A stretch of DNA of 64,000 bases from Mobula hypostoma (taxonomy: Eukaryota): the NCBI RefSeq assembly GCF_963921235.1, contig NC_086108.1, positions 45,014,001 to 45,078,000 of the forward strand, written 5' to 3'. Made by a program: the position numbers and the translations under genes. Shown here piece by piece: positions 1 to 11,984 of the stretch; the stretch's first letter is position 1; each line of letters starts with the position of its first letter. The notes under the pieces were generated by a model. The model saw only the letters and a program-made list of their open reading frames with translations, did no database searches and was not told the DNA's origin.

Positions 1-554
1 GCAGAGAAAACATTCCAACTTTGCCCAACCTCTCCATATTGCTAATATTCTCTAATCCAAAAACATGCTGGTGAATCTCTTCTGCAGCTTCTCCAAAGCT
101 TCCACATCCTTCTTATACTGCAGTGACCAGAACTGCACACGATAGTCTAAATGAGGTCTAACCAAAGCTTTATGCAACTGTAGTATGACTTAATAACTTT
201 TATGCAATGCCCTGACGTGTAAGTATACCTTGCTTACCATCCTATTGATTTGTGTTTCCACATTCAGGGAGCTGTAGACTTACATTCTAAGATCTCTCTG
301 TACATCAATGTGCCAAAGGGTCGTACTACTTATTGTATACTCTCCTCTTATATTTGACCTTTCAAAGTGCAGCACCTCATACTTGTCAGGATTAAACTCC
401 ATCTGTCATTTTTTTTCTTGTTAATATTTCTAACTTTTCTATTCCTGCTGTATCCTTTGAAAACTTTCTCACTATTCTGTACTCCTTCAATTTTTGTGTT
501 ATCTGCACACTTATAAATCAGCCCACCTGCATTTTTGTGTAAAGGTCCCAGTAC
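1..554 (-). mobile_element. Old CR1 LINE fragment (RT C-terminal half), left part of an element split by a younger CR1
   Basis: Minus strand encodes degenerate KCADNTKIEGV (KFADDTKIGG) near 480-525 and an RPHL..CVQFWS-like motif near 120-165; ends in ggtcccagtac (antisense of VLGP). Confidence 0.85.
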
Positions 555-1146
555 CGCAGCTGTACAAGGCCTTGGTGAGACCACACCTGGAGTATTGTGT
601 GCAGTTTTGGTCCCCCAATCTGAGGAAAGACATTCTTGCCATAGAGGGAGTACAAACATGGTTCACCAGATTGATTCCTGGGATGGCAGGGCTTTCATAT
701 GATGAAAGACTGGATCGACTAGGCTTATATTTGCTGGAATTTAGAAGATTGAGGGGGGGGATCTGATTGAAACATATAAAATCCTAAAGGGATTGGACAG
801 GCTAGATGCAGGAAGATTGTTCCCAATGTTGGGGAAGTCCAGAACGAGGGGTCACAGTTTGAGGATAAAGGGGAAGCCTTTTAGGACCGAGATGAGGGAA
901 AACTTCTTCACACAGGGAGTGGTGAATCTGTGGAATTCTGTGCCACAGGAAACAGTTGAGGCCAGTTCATTGGCTATATTTAAGAGGGAGTTAGATATGG
1001 CCCTTGTGGCTAAAGGGATCAGGGGGTATGGAGGGAAGGCTGGTACAGGGTTCTGAGTTGGATGATCAGCCACAATCAGACTGAATGGTGGTGTAGGCTC
1101 GAAGGGCCGAATGGCCTAGTCCTACACCTATCTTCTATGTTTCTAC
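555..1146 (+). mobile_element. 5'-truncated CR1 (HER1-like) 3' end, relatively young
   Basis: ORFs 494-766 and 793-1056: LYKALVRPHLEYCVQFWSP, LGLYLLEFRRLRG, RTRGHSLRI; 3' UTR gaagggccgaatggcct plus ttctatgtttcta tail. Confidence 0.95.
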
Positions 1147-1260
1147 TGATTCCTGCAGAACAGCTCTAGTCACAGCCCTCCAGTTAGAATAACACACTAC
1201 AACCATTACCCCGTCTTCTATGGGCAAGCCGATTTTGAATCCAATCTACCACGTCTCAAT
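1147..1260 (-). mobile_element. Continuation of the old minus-strand CR1
   Basis: tgattcctgcagaacagctctagtcacagccctcca is antisense of WRAVTRAVLQES (WRPVTSGVPQGS), contiguous with position 554. Confidence 0.8.
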
Positions 1261-1299
1261 GGTTCCAAAGGAAAATCATATTCAATTAACTTATAAGAA

Positions 1300-1575
1300 T
1301 GTTTCCATAATGGAACTGAATGGTCAACAGGGAAATAGTTGTTGTGGTGTTCATGGATTTTCCAAAAACATTAGTAAGGTGCTTCATAGATGGCTTTTGC
1401 CTAGACTGAAGGATATGAACTGGAAGCTGCAGTAAGAGAACGGAAAGAAAACTGGCTAAGTGACAGTTGCTTTTCATACTGAAGAGAAGCAGTAGCTTTT
1501 CTCCTGAAGTCACTGCTAGGATCACTGGATCTTCTTAGTGTGATTTTGATGACTTACAAATTGTAGATGACACAA
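1300..1575 (+). mobile_element. Highly degraded CR1 RT fragment
   Basis: gtggtgttcatggattttccaaaaacattagtaaggtgcttcatag resembles VVYMDFQKAFDKVPH. Confidence 0.6.
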
Positions 1576-1794
1576 ACTTCCTGTACTTTGTGAAGGGCAC
1601 TGCACCTCACTTCCAGTTAAAGCCGTAATGCTTGTTGAGTTGGAATAAGTGTTACTGCTTTTGGACACAGAATCCATCCTCTTTAAGATTCCTTCTGGCC
1701 TATGGAATGATTGCAAAACCTCCTATGGAAGAGAAATTTGTCTCCCTTGCTATACTGTATATACAGCCTCGCTCTTATTTCATTCAACAAATAT

Positions 1795-2675
1795 AAACTT
1801 AACAAGTAGGAGCAGGAGCGGAGAAGCCCATTAGGGTCCTTGAGCTGGTTTCACCATGTATGGAGTCCTCTTTCTTTTTCAATGCATTTAACCCATGATT
1901 CCTCTGTGGATCAAAAATCTGTCTCAGCCTTGAATATAATTATCAACTTTTCTTCTGCATGCATGGATATGTAGTGTTTACAGAGGGAAAAAGCCACTCT
2001 TTCTTTCTGTTTTACATGGACATCCCTCTATTATGAGTATATGGCTCCTCATTCTAAATTTGTTCAGCAAGGTAGCATTCCCTCAGCAACGATTTTTGTC
2101 AAATCCCTTTCAGAAACTTACATGTTTCAGTAAGATGGTCTCTTACTTCTAAACTGCAGAGAGTATAGGCCCTGATTTACTCAATCAGTCCTTTGCCTTC
2201 ACTTCAGCTCTCTTCAATGCCTCTTTAGCAATTACTGAAATAAAGAAGCAATTTCTTCCTACCTTTGCATTCAACCTCTTGTGCAAAGGACCGATATCCC
2301 ATTACTTGCTAGTTTAGCAAGTAATTATTAAAGGAAATGTTGGTCTTATTTATCTCATAATATGCCTTTCTATTCTTACCAGCTGTCCTAATTCTGCACA
2401 TTATACCCAATGGGTAGTCATTTTGGCAGTTCACTTAATCTGTCCAGTTAACTTGGTAGTCATTTTTGAATCACCATAGTCTATTTTCCCATTTATCTAG
2501 GTGTTGTTTGCAAACATACATGCAATTCTCTTGTCCCCTTCATCTAAGTCATTAATGGCAATTATAAATTGCTCGGCACTAATCCCTGTGGTACCTGTTA
2601 TAATTTGCTAATCTGAAAATGTACCATTCCTTTCAGACTTTTTTTCTATCAGTTAACCAGTCCTTCTATCCATTA
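1795..2675 (-). mobile_element. Degraded CR1 3' half
   Basis: Antisense 3' UTR (aggagcaggag), ctaaactgcagagagtataggccc is antisense of GLYSLQFR, atccctgtggtacc is antisense of VPQG. Confidence 0.7.
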
Positions 2676-3101
2676 TGTAAAGGAAGTACTTTAAACAACT
2701 GGGGAAAAAAGTTGTTCAGTAAGATGCTGAAACAGAAATTGGTAACTAAATATATTTATAAAACAGTCTCTAAAATTAAGTATCTTTAAATAACTATTCA
2801 GATGAAGCAACAGATAGGGAGACTGCGTTGCCCTTTTGATTCCTCTCTTCCATGTGTCATCTACAGGAGGATGGTTGAGTGAGTAGTTCAAGAGTAAATA
2901 GCTGAACACCCATACAGGCCCAAACATTCATTCCTGAACTTACCAGAATTTTACTTGGACTCCAGTGGTTTAAATTTCAAGAAAAGATTCTACAAGTTAA
3001 GGTTCAATTTCCTGGAATTTGGAAAGTTGAAGGGTGACCTTAAGTGAATTATTCAAGATGTTAAGGGGAACTGGTGGTGAAAATGGAAAGAAACTATCTC
3101 A

Positions 3102-3237
3102 AACAACAGGAATTCTGCAGATGCTGGAAATTCAAGCAACATACATCAAAGTTGCTGGTGAACGCAGCAGGCCAAGCAGCATCTATAGGAAGAGGCGCAG
3201 TCGATGTTTCAGGCCGAGACCCTTCGTCAGGACTAAC
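3102..3237 (-). mobile_element. Short Penelope-like (pseudo-LTR-derived) insertion with 13-bp TSD
   Basis: TSD agaaactatctca at 3089-3101 and 3238-3250; body nearly identical (reverse complement) to the copy at 21615-21737. Confidence 0.85.
3199..3234 (-). ncRNA. Minimal type I hammerhead ribozyme motif (probably inactivated)
   Basis: Minus strand AGTC-CTGACGA-A-GGGT-CTCG-GCCT-GAAAC-ATC-GACT: stem I AGTC/GACT, core CUGAnGA and GAAA, stem II hairpin; ATC replaces the GTC seen in sibling copies. Confidence 0.7.
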
Positions 3238-3592
3238 AGAAACTATCTCAGCTACTTTAGGACTGGGGGCATAGTCTAAAAATTGAAGGCATATTTTTCA
3301 TGAATGAAATTAGGAAGCTGTTCTAAATGGAAATGTAGTAAGAAGTCTGGAACTCTCTCAGTAAAGGTCATTGGTGCTGGGTCCATTGTTAGTTTCATTT
3401 GCAGTTTGTAATAACCATGGTTTTGAGATTTGGTCAACCTCCACTATGTTTTATGTTTCTGGTATTGTCTGCTTATGTAACATTCGCACAATATTCTTGA
3501 TTTTCAGAGGAAATTGAGGTGTAGAGGATGACAATCATATATTCCAATTCAAAAACCTCATTACATGCTGTCCTTCATTTCTACTGTCCCAG

Positions 3593-3677
3593 GAAACTCA
3601 TCTCTGATGTGTTCAGGAAGAGAGGGGATACAATTGGTGAGGATCTGCAGTGCTCTTCAAATATCTTTGGTTTCATG
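3593..3677 (+). CDS. Putative internal coding exon (85 bp) of an unidentified host gene: KLISDVFRKRGDTIGEDLQCSSNIFGFM
   Basis: Polypyrimidine tract tccttcatttctactgtcccag acceptor, donor ATG|gtgagc, open protein-like frame, unique (non-repeat) context. Confidence 0.6.
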
Positions 3678-4289
3678 GTGAGCTATCAGCACAAGTAAAT
3701 TTGTTCCATAATTTCTATATATTAATTGAGATTTCAAAAGAACAAATTTTTCAGTTCTTCATATGTTAGGAATATTTGTTTCTTGTCAGATGTGTGATTG
3801 TGGATGAAACTTGTGGATGGATATTCATTTCATCGGAGGAATGGCAAAAATTTAAGACTTCAACTTGGTTGTTTTTCTTAAGACTTTATTTTCTTTCTCT
3901 AAATCGCAGTTTAATCAGGTTTTCTTCACTGATGGTAAAAAAATTAATGCAAATTTTGTCCGTCTTTAGCAGGGTTGATATCCAAACTGTAAAAAGAGTC
4001 TAGACGTTCTGTCATGTAACATGAGAAATATATAAATAGGTATGCAGAATAATCTTTAGATTCGAAGAAGGATGAAAACTTGTGTTAACGAGTTCCAGGA
4101 GAGGCAGCCAGCTGAAAATTTCCCTGTTCTGTCCCGAAGATGTTGTTCTGTGTTGGAATGGGCTTTAAGGTGCTGGCTGCCCATCAACCACTTACTCAAG
4201 TCTCAGAGAAAGTTACCATGTCATTCAAACATGAGGGGCAAAAACATAATTACACATTTGGGTCCAGTCCACATTTACAGTGAGTGTAC

Positions 4290-4565
4290 AAACAGAAATC
4301 ATTCATTATTAGGTGTTCGAGAAAGCCACTTGGCCGATCAAACCTTCTCTGCTCTTCAATATGATCATGATTGATCTACCCCAGGTATCACCCTTTCTGT
4401 GCCTATTCCCCAAGCCCTGACTGCACTGATTTTCAAAATATACTTACTTACTCTTTCAATGTCCCCAATGACATAACCTACTCAGCCTTCCAGGTTAGTG
4501 AATTTCCAGAGTTTCAACACCCTTTTCAAGAAGAAATTCATACATAGGTCAGGTTAGAAGCCTTG
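4290..4565 (-). mobile_element. Degraded CR1 3' end
   Basis: Antisense 3' UTR features (ttcaatatgatcatgattgatct; gaatttccagag...caccct...aagaagaaattc). Confidence 0.6.
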
Positions 4566-4689
4566 GTTAATTTTTTTCCTTCCACTATCTGGGTCTGCTG
4601 AAACAGTACACCTTCTCGTTGGTTAGCATCAACTACTTCATGAATGGAAGATGGCTATCTCCTGACTCTTACAGCTCAGAACCATACCA

Positions 4690-6815
4690 TACTTACCCAC
4701 TGAACATGCAAGACCTTTGCAGGGTTTTATTAGTCAGAGATTTTAACTTCCCGCTATTTGCAGGACTACCCAGAATCCTAAAGGCCTGGATGAGATGGAA
4801 TTTGTGAAATATGTCCAGAAAATTTTACTGAGTCACTATTTAGAGGGTTCTGCTCAGGAGTAGGGCCCACTACATATTGACTGGGCAGTACTGGTCCTTC
4901 TCTTAGCAAACAAGGAGGGCAAGTAACTGAAGTGGCAGTCAAGGAGCTCTTTGGCTCTAGTGACCATATTTCTATTAGTTTTAAGATAACGATGGAAAAG
5001 GAAAGGACAGATACACAGATTAAGGATAAAACTGGATTAGGGCTAATTTTGAGAAAATTAGGTACGATCAAGCCTGCTTGAAGGAAAAGGAAGAAGGCAA
5101 ATAAGAGTGTGTTAGCAGGTGTCCAGGACCAGCATGCTCCTGTTAGACTGAAGGGTGAACTTGGCAAATTTAGGGAACCTTGGCTGATAAGAGAGTTTGA
5201 GGCTCTGGACAAGAAAAAAAACGGAACCATACCATAGAAGAAGCTTACCCAGCTCATCCCTAGAACTCCTAAGCTTAAGGAGGTCCAGAGATAAGTGAAT
5301 TGCTGGAATCCCTTGAAAAGATGAAGAATAATGTTGAGGGAAATAGGAGGGCAAAGAAAGGGTATGAGATGGATCTGGCAAGTAGGGTTAGGAAAATCCC
5401 AAGAGATTTTCTCCAGCTATATTAAGAACTTCTATAGCTATATTAAGAGTGAAAGGAGACAATAGCTCACTTTAGAGATCTTGTGCCGCAGGAGATTCGT
5501 GGGATTGTTAATGAATATTTCTCCTCCATATTTACTGAGAAGGAAATCATGGTTGCTCAGGAAATAAGGGAAACAAGTGGTAAGGTTTTGGAAGAAATTT
5601 GTATTACTGGGGAGGAGGTATTTGTAGCCTTACAGTGCATTGAGATGAATAACTCCCCATTGCCTGAGTCACTGCATTCCCACCACTGTCTGTAAAGAGT
5701 TTGTATATTCTCCCTGTGACCACCTGAATTTCCTCCGAGTGCTTGGGTTTCCTCCCACAGTCCAAAGATGTACCACTTGGTAGGTTACTTGGTCAATGCA
5801 AATTGTGCCATGATTAAGCTAGGGTTAAATCTGGGGTTGGTCAAAGGACTGGACAGGCCTATTCCATTATATAAGAAGGGTAGCAAGGACAAGTTAGGGA
5901 ACTGCAGGCTAGTCAGCCTGACATCACTGGTGGGTAAGTTATTGGACGGGATTCTGAGGGACAGGTTCTACCAGCATTTAGATTGATAGAGTCTGTTTAG
6001 GAGGAGTCAGCATAGCTTTGTACTTGGAAAGTTGTGTTTAATGAACCTCTTAGAACTCTTTGAGGAGGTGACCAAAAAAGTAGATGGGGATAATACAATT
6101 ATTGTCTATTTGGACCTTCATCAAGGTCCCATGTGGTAAACTGCTCTATGAGGTTAGGTCCCATGGAATTCAGGAAGAGCTAGTTTAGGTGGATTCAAAA
6201 TTGCTTCATTGGTAGGAAGGGTGGTGGTTGCAGGTTGTTCCTTGGAATGTAAGCTGGTGACTAGTGATGTGCAGAAGGGGACCAGTGTTGGGACCCTTGT
6301 TATTCATTATTTATATAAATGATTTAGATAAGAATGTACAAGGCTTGCTCAGTAAGTTTGTAGATGACATGAAATTACGAGGTGTTGTTCATAGTGAAAA
6401 GAAGGTTATTATAGATTATGGGAGATCCTGATCACTTTAAGGAGTGGGTTGAGGATTGGCCACTGGATTTCAATGTGGGTAAGTGTGAAGTGATGCATTT
6501 TGGAAAGTCAAACCAATGTAGGATTTATACGATGAATGGTTTGGCACTAGGCCTTCACCAGTTACAGCATTGTATAGGAGTCGGGACATTGTGTTTTGCA
6601 CAGAGTGTGGAGAGCATATGAAGTGAGCTGGCAGTGGTTGAGGCAGGTTACAGTAATATCATTTAAGAAGCATTTGGATAGGTGGAGGGGTGGATCTTAG
6701 AGATATGTGGGATAAACACAGGAAATTGGGACTAACCAGGTGGGCACAGCACCATTGTCACCATAGACTTGCTGGGCTGAAGGGTCTGCATCATAGCTTC
6801 ATTGCTCTGACTCTG
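4690..6815 (+). mobile_element. Degraded CR1 ORF2 (APE end, RT, 3' UTR) with internal deletions
   Basis: RDFNFP, GSSDH, YKKGSKDKLGNCRLVSLTSLVGKLL, SKFVDDMK, FNVGKCEVMHFG; tail gggctgaagggtctg. Confidence 0.85.
5675..5860 (+). mobile_element. V-SINE (HE1-like) inserted in CR1
   Basis: V-domain-like gagtttgtatattctccctgtgacc...ggtttcctcccacagtccaaagatgt; CR1-derived tail. Confidence 0.8.
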
Positions 6816-6934
6816 TGATTGCTTTTGGTTCAATTTTTAAACATTAGTAATGTGAAATATCGTATTTGTCACTTTACAGTAGCTCTTTTTCCCTCTTTTA
6901 ATTTCATATTGAGTCAGTTGTGGTTTTGTTGGCA

Positions 6935-7285
6935 GGCGTCAGAAGGCTTGAGCTGTGAGTCCTACTCCTGAGAGCTGAGTAGAAAATCTAGGCTGAAACT
7001 TTGGTTCAGTATAAGGGAGTAATGCACAGTTAAGGATATTCTCTTTTAGATGAGATATTAAATGCAGCCACATCTGCTCTTTCAGTAGCAGTGTAATATT
7101 TAAGCAAAATGCAATGGAACTATTCCTGGCGAATGTTTATTCCTTGATCAACATTTTTAAAAGGGCTTGCTAAGTTATTATCACATTGCCGTTTGTGGGA
7201 GTTTGTTTGTAATGTTTCTCCCACAGAAATATTTAGCTGGCTGTAAAGTGCTTTGGGAGGGCCCGAGAAAGACTATATAGCGGTA
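6935..7285 (+). mobile_element. Deu-domain SINE (SacSINE1/AmnSINE1-like), old
   Basis: gtcagaagg...aatctaggctga...ttttagatgagatattaaa...ttatcacattgccgtttgtgggag...ggctgtaaagtgctttgggag. Confidence 0.75.
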
Positions 7286-8729
7286 TGTTTAATGGGTGTT
7301 GACTTGTAAATCCATGTTTTAGGCTGATGAATGTTAGTGAAAAGCTGGTAGTGATGAGGTGGGGGTAGTGATGAGGTGAGTACTTTAACTTGGGTAAACT
7401 TCATTCAAGTGATGGGGTTACTGTTTATACACCATCTTTCTTTAGCATAAAGATGAGGGGCTAATACATCCAGCCCATTTCCTTAGCACATCAGCGCTCA
7501 GCTGCTGAGCTCAGTGATGAATCCAGCAGTGGAACAGGAGGGTCCCAAGTGCTGCCATCTGACTTCTAGCTCCTCTCAGATTTCTGCTTTTGGCCAAGTT
7601 CTGCTGTGGCTGGATCACCTAAGAGTTAGGGATTCCTGAATTGTCAGTCAGCTTGATTCAGCCCATAATTTACACAGGGGTGCAATACGCAATAATGAAA
7701 TGTGGCCACTCTGAATGGTGTCTGAGAGAAATGCGAGTGGATTCAGACGGCACTTCAGTGGTGTATAAAGTGCATTTTGCCAGCCATCAGAAATGTGTGA
7801 ATTCACTACTTTGCGATCAGCATCCATTAACATGCTGCGGTGGGTTGGAACATTCTTGCTAGTGGTCCTCTGGTAAAATGCAATTTGGGATTAACGGGCA
7901 AGACTGCTTTGCATGGTGGTGAGTTAACATAACCAGTTTGTAATGGAAATCAGCCCAAGTACAGATTTAAAAACATATGTTAAAATTATCATTCTAAACA
8001 AATCTGTCATTAAAAAAATTACAGATGAGCAGAAGTATAAGCAACAGAGAGTATTGCATGAAAGATGCCAATTTAGATAAAATGATGACATGATCTATAA
8101 TTGAGCACATTTGTATTTTAAGACTTCTCGCTCTCCAACCTGGCTGGATTTGACTTGCATTTTAAAATAGTCTTTGTGTACGAGTTAGTGAAGGAAATGC
8201 ACATGTCTGTTTATAATTTTCTTTGTATCTGCGCTTAGGCCTGTCGTTAAGAAATTATTAGCTAAAGTAATTGTGTAATGCTCAGCTTTCGATGTTGTGT
8301 AATGGAAAAGTTTTGTATACATTTAATTAGATTGCAAAGGTCAGTTGTAAATTGAAATTAAACAGGCTCAGACTTGTACAAATGATTTGGAGCATGCCAG
8401 AGTATTTTTTAAAATGAGAAATAAGATGATTCTTGGAGCAGTGAATTTTTGTAAAATAACCAGGTCAAAGAGCACACATGTCTTTTGTTTTATGGCTTCT
8501 CAAATACAATATTTGCAGAGTTGGATTTATGGCACAACTTTTGTTTATCAGTCCATAATTTTCCATGTGAAACTGCTAAGAAATGAATGCAGCTTTATCC
8601 TTCTGTGCCCTCTGTTGTGTAACCTGGAAAGAGAAGTTCAAGAAAAAGAAATTAAAGCCATTTAAGATGCATAGAAAAAGAAATGATGATTTGAGGTTCG
8701 GTCATTAACTAGTGCTTAAATATATCTGT

Positions 8730-8990
8730 AGAGTATTATTGACTCTGCTTTCAGTCTGTACTGAGTGAGCTAATCCCAAATAGACAGCACTTTTCCTGCT
8801 TGAAAAGGTTGATATGTATATTTGTCTGGTCGTAATTGGATTGCTGGTTATAGATGCTTGCTGAGTGCAAATTGCCAGCTACAGTACAAGGATTATAACA
8901 ATGAGTTCACATCCAAGTACTTTATTTATTGTAAACTGCTTCGGGATATTAAGAGGTCGCTAAATGCATAATACAAACAGAAGTCTTTTT
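8730..8990 (+). mobile_element. Degraded Deu-SINE 3' part
   Basis: gtgcaaattg...aagtactttatttattgtaaactgcttcggga...gaggtcg tail. Confidence 0.5.
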
Positions 8991-9199
8991 TCTGTTATAA
9001 TATGTGGATAACTAGACCACAGGCATGCTACTCAGATTGTCTGTCTATAGTGGGCACAGAATGTCACATACCTATAATATTAGGCACATCCCATAAAGCA
9101 TAACCTATCATTTCCCATTAATATGTGATCTTATACACTCGAGAAGGTACATGTTAGTTGATATGTATAAAGAAAGAAACTGCATCTATATTGCTTCAA

Positions 9200-9490
9200 A
9201 AAATGATGCCTCGAAAAGGCAGCATCCATAATAAGGACCCCCAACACCCAGGGCAAACCATCTTCTCATCAGGGAGGAAGTGCAAGGAGACTGAAGGCAC
9301 ACACTCAACTTTTAAGGAACACATTCTTCCCCTCCACCATCAGATTTTTGAACAGTCCGTGAAACTATCTCATCATTTTTGCTCTTTTTGCACGACTTAC
9401 TTATTTTCTACATTTATTGTAATTTATAATGTTTTTATATACTGCCCATTATTGCTATCTTAAAACAACAAATTATACAGCATATGTCAG
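9200..9490 (+). mobile_element. Rex1/Babar-like LINE 3' fragment
   Basis: aaggcagcatccataataaggacccccaacaccca (KAASIIRTPNT-like), tcagggaggaag, ttcttcccctccaccatcaga (FFPSTIR). Confidence 0.7.
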
Positions 9491-9494
9491 GGCT

Positions 9495-9730
9495 ACTCTT
9501 TCATAGCCTCAGCAACCTTCATGGACGACGAACTATTTTTGAAATGTAGTCATTTTTGCATTGTAGGTGAGCATGGTAAATTTATATACTGTGGTTCCAT
9601 AGACAGAACTGAGAAAAAATGTTTTTAGTGGTGTTGATTGAAGGGTTAATGATCTTTAGATAATGTCATGGAATCTTTTGCACCTGCTTGAATAGTGTTG
9701 CAGTTCAATAGGGATACACCTGAATACAGA
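9495..9730 (-). mobile_element. Degraded Deu-SINE
   Basis: Antisense of SacSINE1-like body: tttttgaaatgtagtca, ttagtggtgttgattgaaggg, taatgtcatggaatcttttgcacc. Confidence 0.55.
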
Positions 9731-9789
9731 CACTTGAGGGTGAGTTTAAATTAATTGTGGATTTTAATTCACACTTGGTCTGGTTTTGT

Positions 9790-10065
9790 TTAGAGATACA
9801 GCATGGGGTAGGTCCTTCCAGCCCAGCAACCCCTAACAAACCATGATTTAACTCTACCCTAATCACAGGATAATTTACAATGACGAATTAACTTTCCCTG
9901 GTACGTCTTTGGGCTGTGGGGGGTGGGGGGTGGCTGAAACTGGAGTGCCCGCACATTCTATGGGAGGACGTACAGAAACTCCTTACAGAGGGCAATGAAA
10001 TTGAACTCCGATGCCTCGAGCTATAATATGGTTTCAGTAACCGCTGCACTACCATGGCATCCATG
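9790..10065 (-). mobile_element. tRNA-derived V-SINE (HE1-like)
   Basis: Antisense V domain (acgtctttggg...aaactggagtgcccg...ggaggacgtacagaaactccttacaga), tRNA-head remnant near 10000-10060, CR1-like tail near 9795-9825. Confidence 0.8.
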
Positions 10066-10264
10066 GTCGTTCCATGATAGTTCTTCATGGTAATTCCAAT
10101 TCTTTAAGGGGAAAAAATCAATGTTGGGCTTTCTGCCCTGCTAACATTGTCCTCAGTTAAATCATAGGAGCAAGTTCCAGTTGTTGGAGCTGGGTATGTG
10201 GTTTTGTGACTATGAAGGGAGAAATTCTTAAAAAGTATATTCTCTGTTTAAAAACTTTATTGCC

Positions 10265-10460
10265 ATGATGCAGAGGGTGGTTGGTATATGGAATGAGTGT
10301 CCAGAGAAAGCTGTAGAGTTGGTACAATTATGTCTAAAAGACATGTTAGGCAGCGATATGGAACAAACACAGGCAGATGAGACTAGTTCTGATAGACAAC
10401 TTGGTTGGCATGGACAAGTTGGGTTGAAGGTTCTGTTTCTGTACTGTTATGACTCTGAGT
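10265..10460 (+). mobile_element. CR1 3' end fragment
   Basis: QRVVGIWNE; gggttgaaggttctgtttctgtactgttatgactct tail. Confidence 0.8.
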
Positions 10461-11984
10461 CCATTGGAATAATTGAAACCCAATACATGGCCTTAGTTTT
10501 GATGATCACTGAGGATGCCTGAACAAATCTCACAGATTTAATGCAATTTGTCCTATTGTTATTCTGATTTGCTTTGTACCCATTTTAAACCCAGAAGAGA
10601 ACCATGACACATACCAGTTTACATTTTAGTGTTCATTATTTGGGCAGCTGCGATGAATTATGGAAATTACTTCAGAGAGAATTTAGTGATACAGAGAGTA
10701 CAAAGACGTTGGAATAACTTCAGTAAATTTCACATTTGTGAAGATTTGTAAGACAGATAGTGGGAGGTTGAATCTCTCTGCCAGACCCCCATGTTTTTGG
10801 CAAAATTAAAAACCCTTGAAAGATCTTTGTGAGGGGTTGAAGGAGGGTGGGCTGCTAGGGTAAAGTAATTGTAATTTATTTTGATGGGCAATGTCTTGTC
10901 TGTGGCCTCTGTTCATAAGAGTCACACTACGAAGATCTTATGTGGTATTCCATGGTGGATGTTACAGCTGAGCCCAATAACATCTCCATGTAATATCATC
11001 TACATGCACAGTTAACAGCAGGATCTATTGAAAAGTAATCAGAAGTACAAACCTTGAATCTTAGTTTTAAACCCTACTTCAGGTCCTTGCATATTAATAT
11101 GGTTTAGTTACAACTGCATTTGATCTTAAGGATGAGTATTCAAGGAAATGGTTTTGAGTGCCAGGAGGTGTTCACTAAAGGTACGTTGATATTTTCTCAG
11201 TTGCTTTGTAATGGCATTTTTATGTCTGTTTAATTACAAAAGAACATAAGAAAATCATTAATTTATCAAGATTGGTACATTGCTTCAGAAAAGGAACTAC
11301 CATGTACCATTGATACCCAGACATCAAGATCCAACATGTTGCTCTGTGAGAGGATGTACATCATAACAGAAGTCTACATGAGAGACATTATTTATAGTCA
11401 AACTTAATTGTACAAGAGGCTGATGAAATGCTCACACCCCTCTGTATGACAGAACTTAGCTTCGATTGAAGATGTATGGAATTGAGTTATTTTCCACTAT
11501 AATTTGGATGAAAATTTTACGACGTGCTTGAGTCCTAATATTACTGCAGTCAAATTCTCAAGCTTCAACTCATGGAATTTTACAGTTTAGAGGCAGTAAC
11601 CATTAAAACTGACATTTATGACAGACTTTGTCACACAGTAGTTTTTTCTTTTGAGTATGGGCCACCTTTTTGGGATCCAAAACAAAGTTTTTGTTTCTCA
11701 TTATGGGTTGTGATGTGTATATAGTATGAGTGTGTTGCACTCCAGCCTTGCAGACATTGATTTCCATTACGTGTGATAAACATTTGATGAGTCATTGCTT
11801 TGTTTTATAACTTTTCTGCCTGTGGTTCAGTGGTAGAGTGCACCATCCAATGTGGTTCATAGTTGTAAGGATCAGGAAAATCTGTGGTTTGATCACTTGT
11901 CTATGTGTTGATCTCAGGTTGTAGGGACATTATAACTGGTTTCAGTGTTCCTTGGGTGGGAATTGAGTCCCTGCAAGATGATGC

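Larger units (their letters stand above)
2935..3420 (+). mobile_element. Degraded CR1 3' fragment interrupted by a Penelope-derived mini element
   Basis: ctggaatttggaaagttgaagggtgacct (LEFRRLRGDL-like), aggactgggggcatagtctaaaaatt (RTRGHSLKI-like). Confidence 0.7.

Noticed and set aside
9990..10065. tRNA gene
   Set aside because: Decayed tRNA-derived head of a V-SINE; no cloverleaf.
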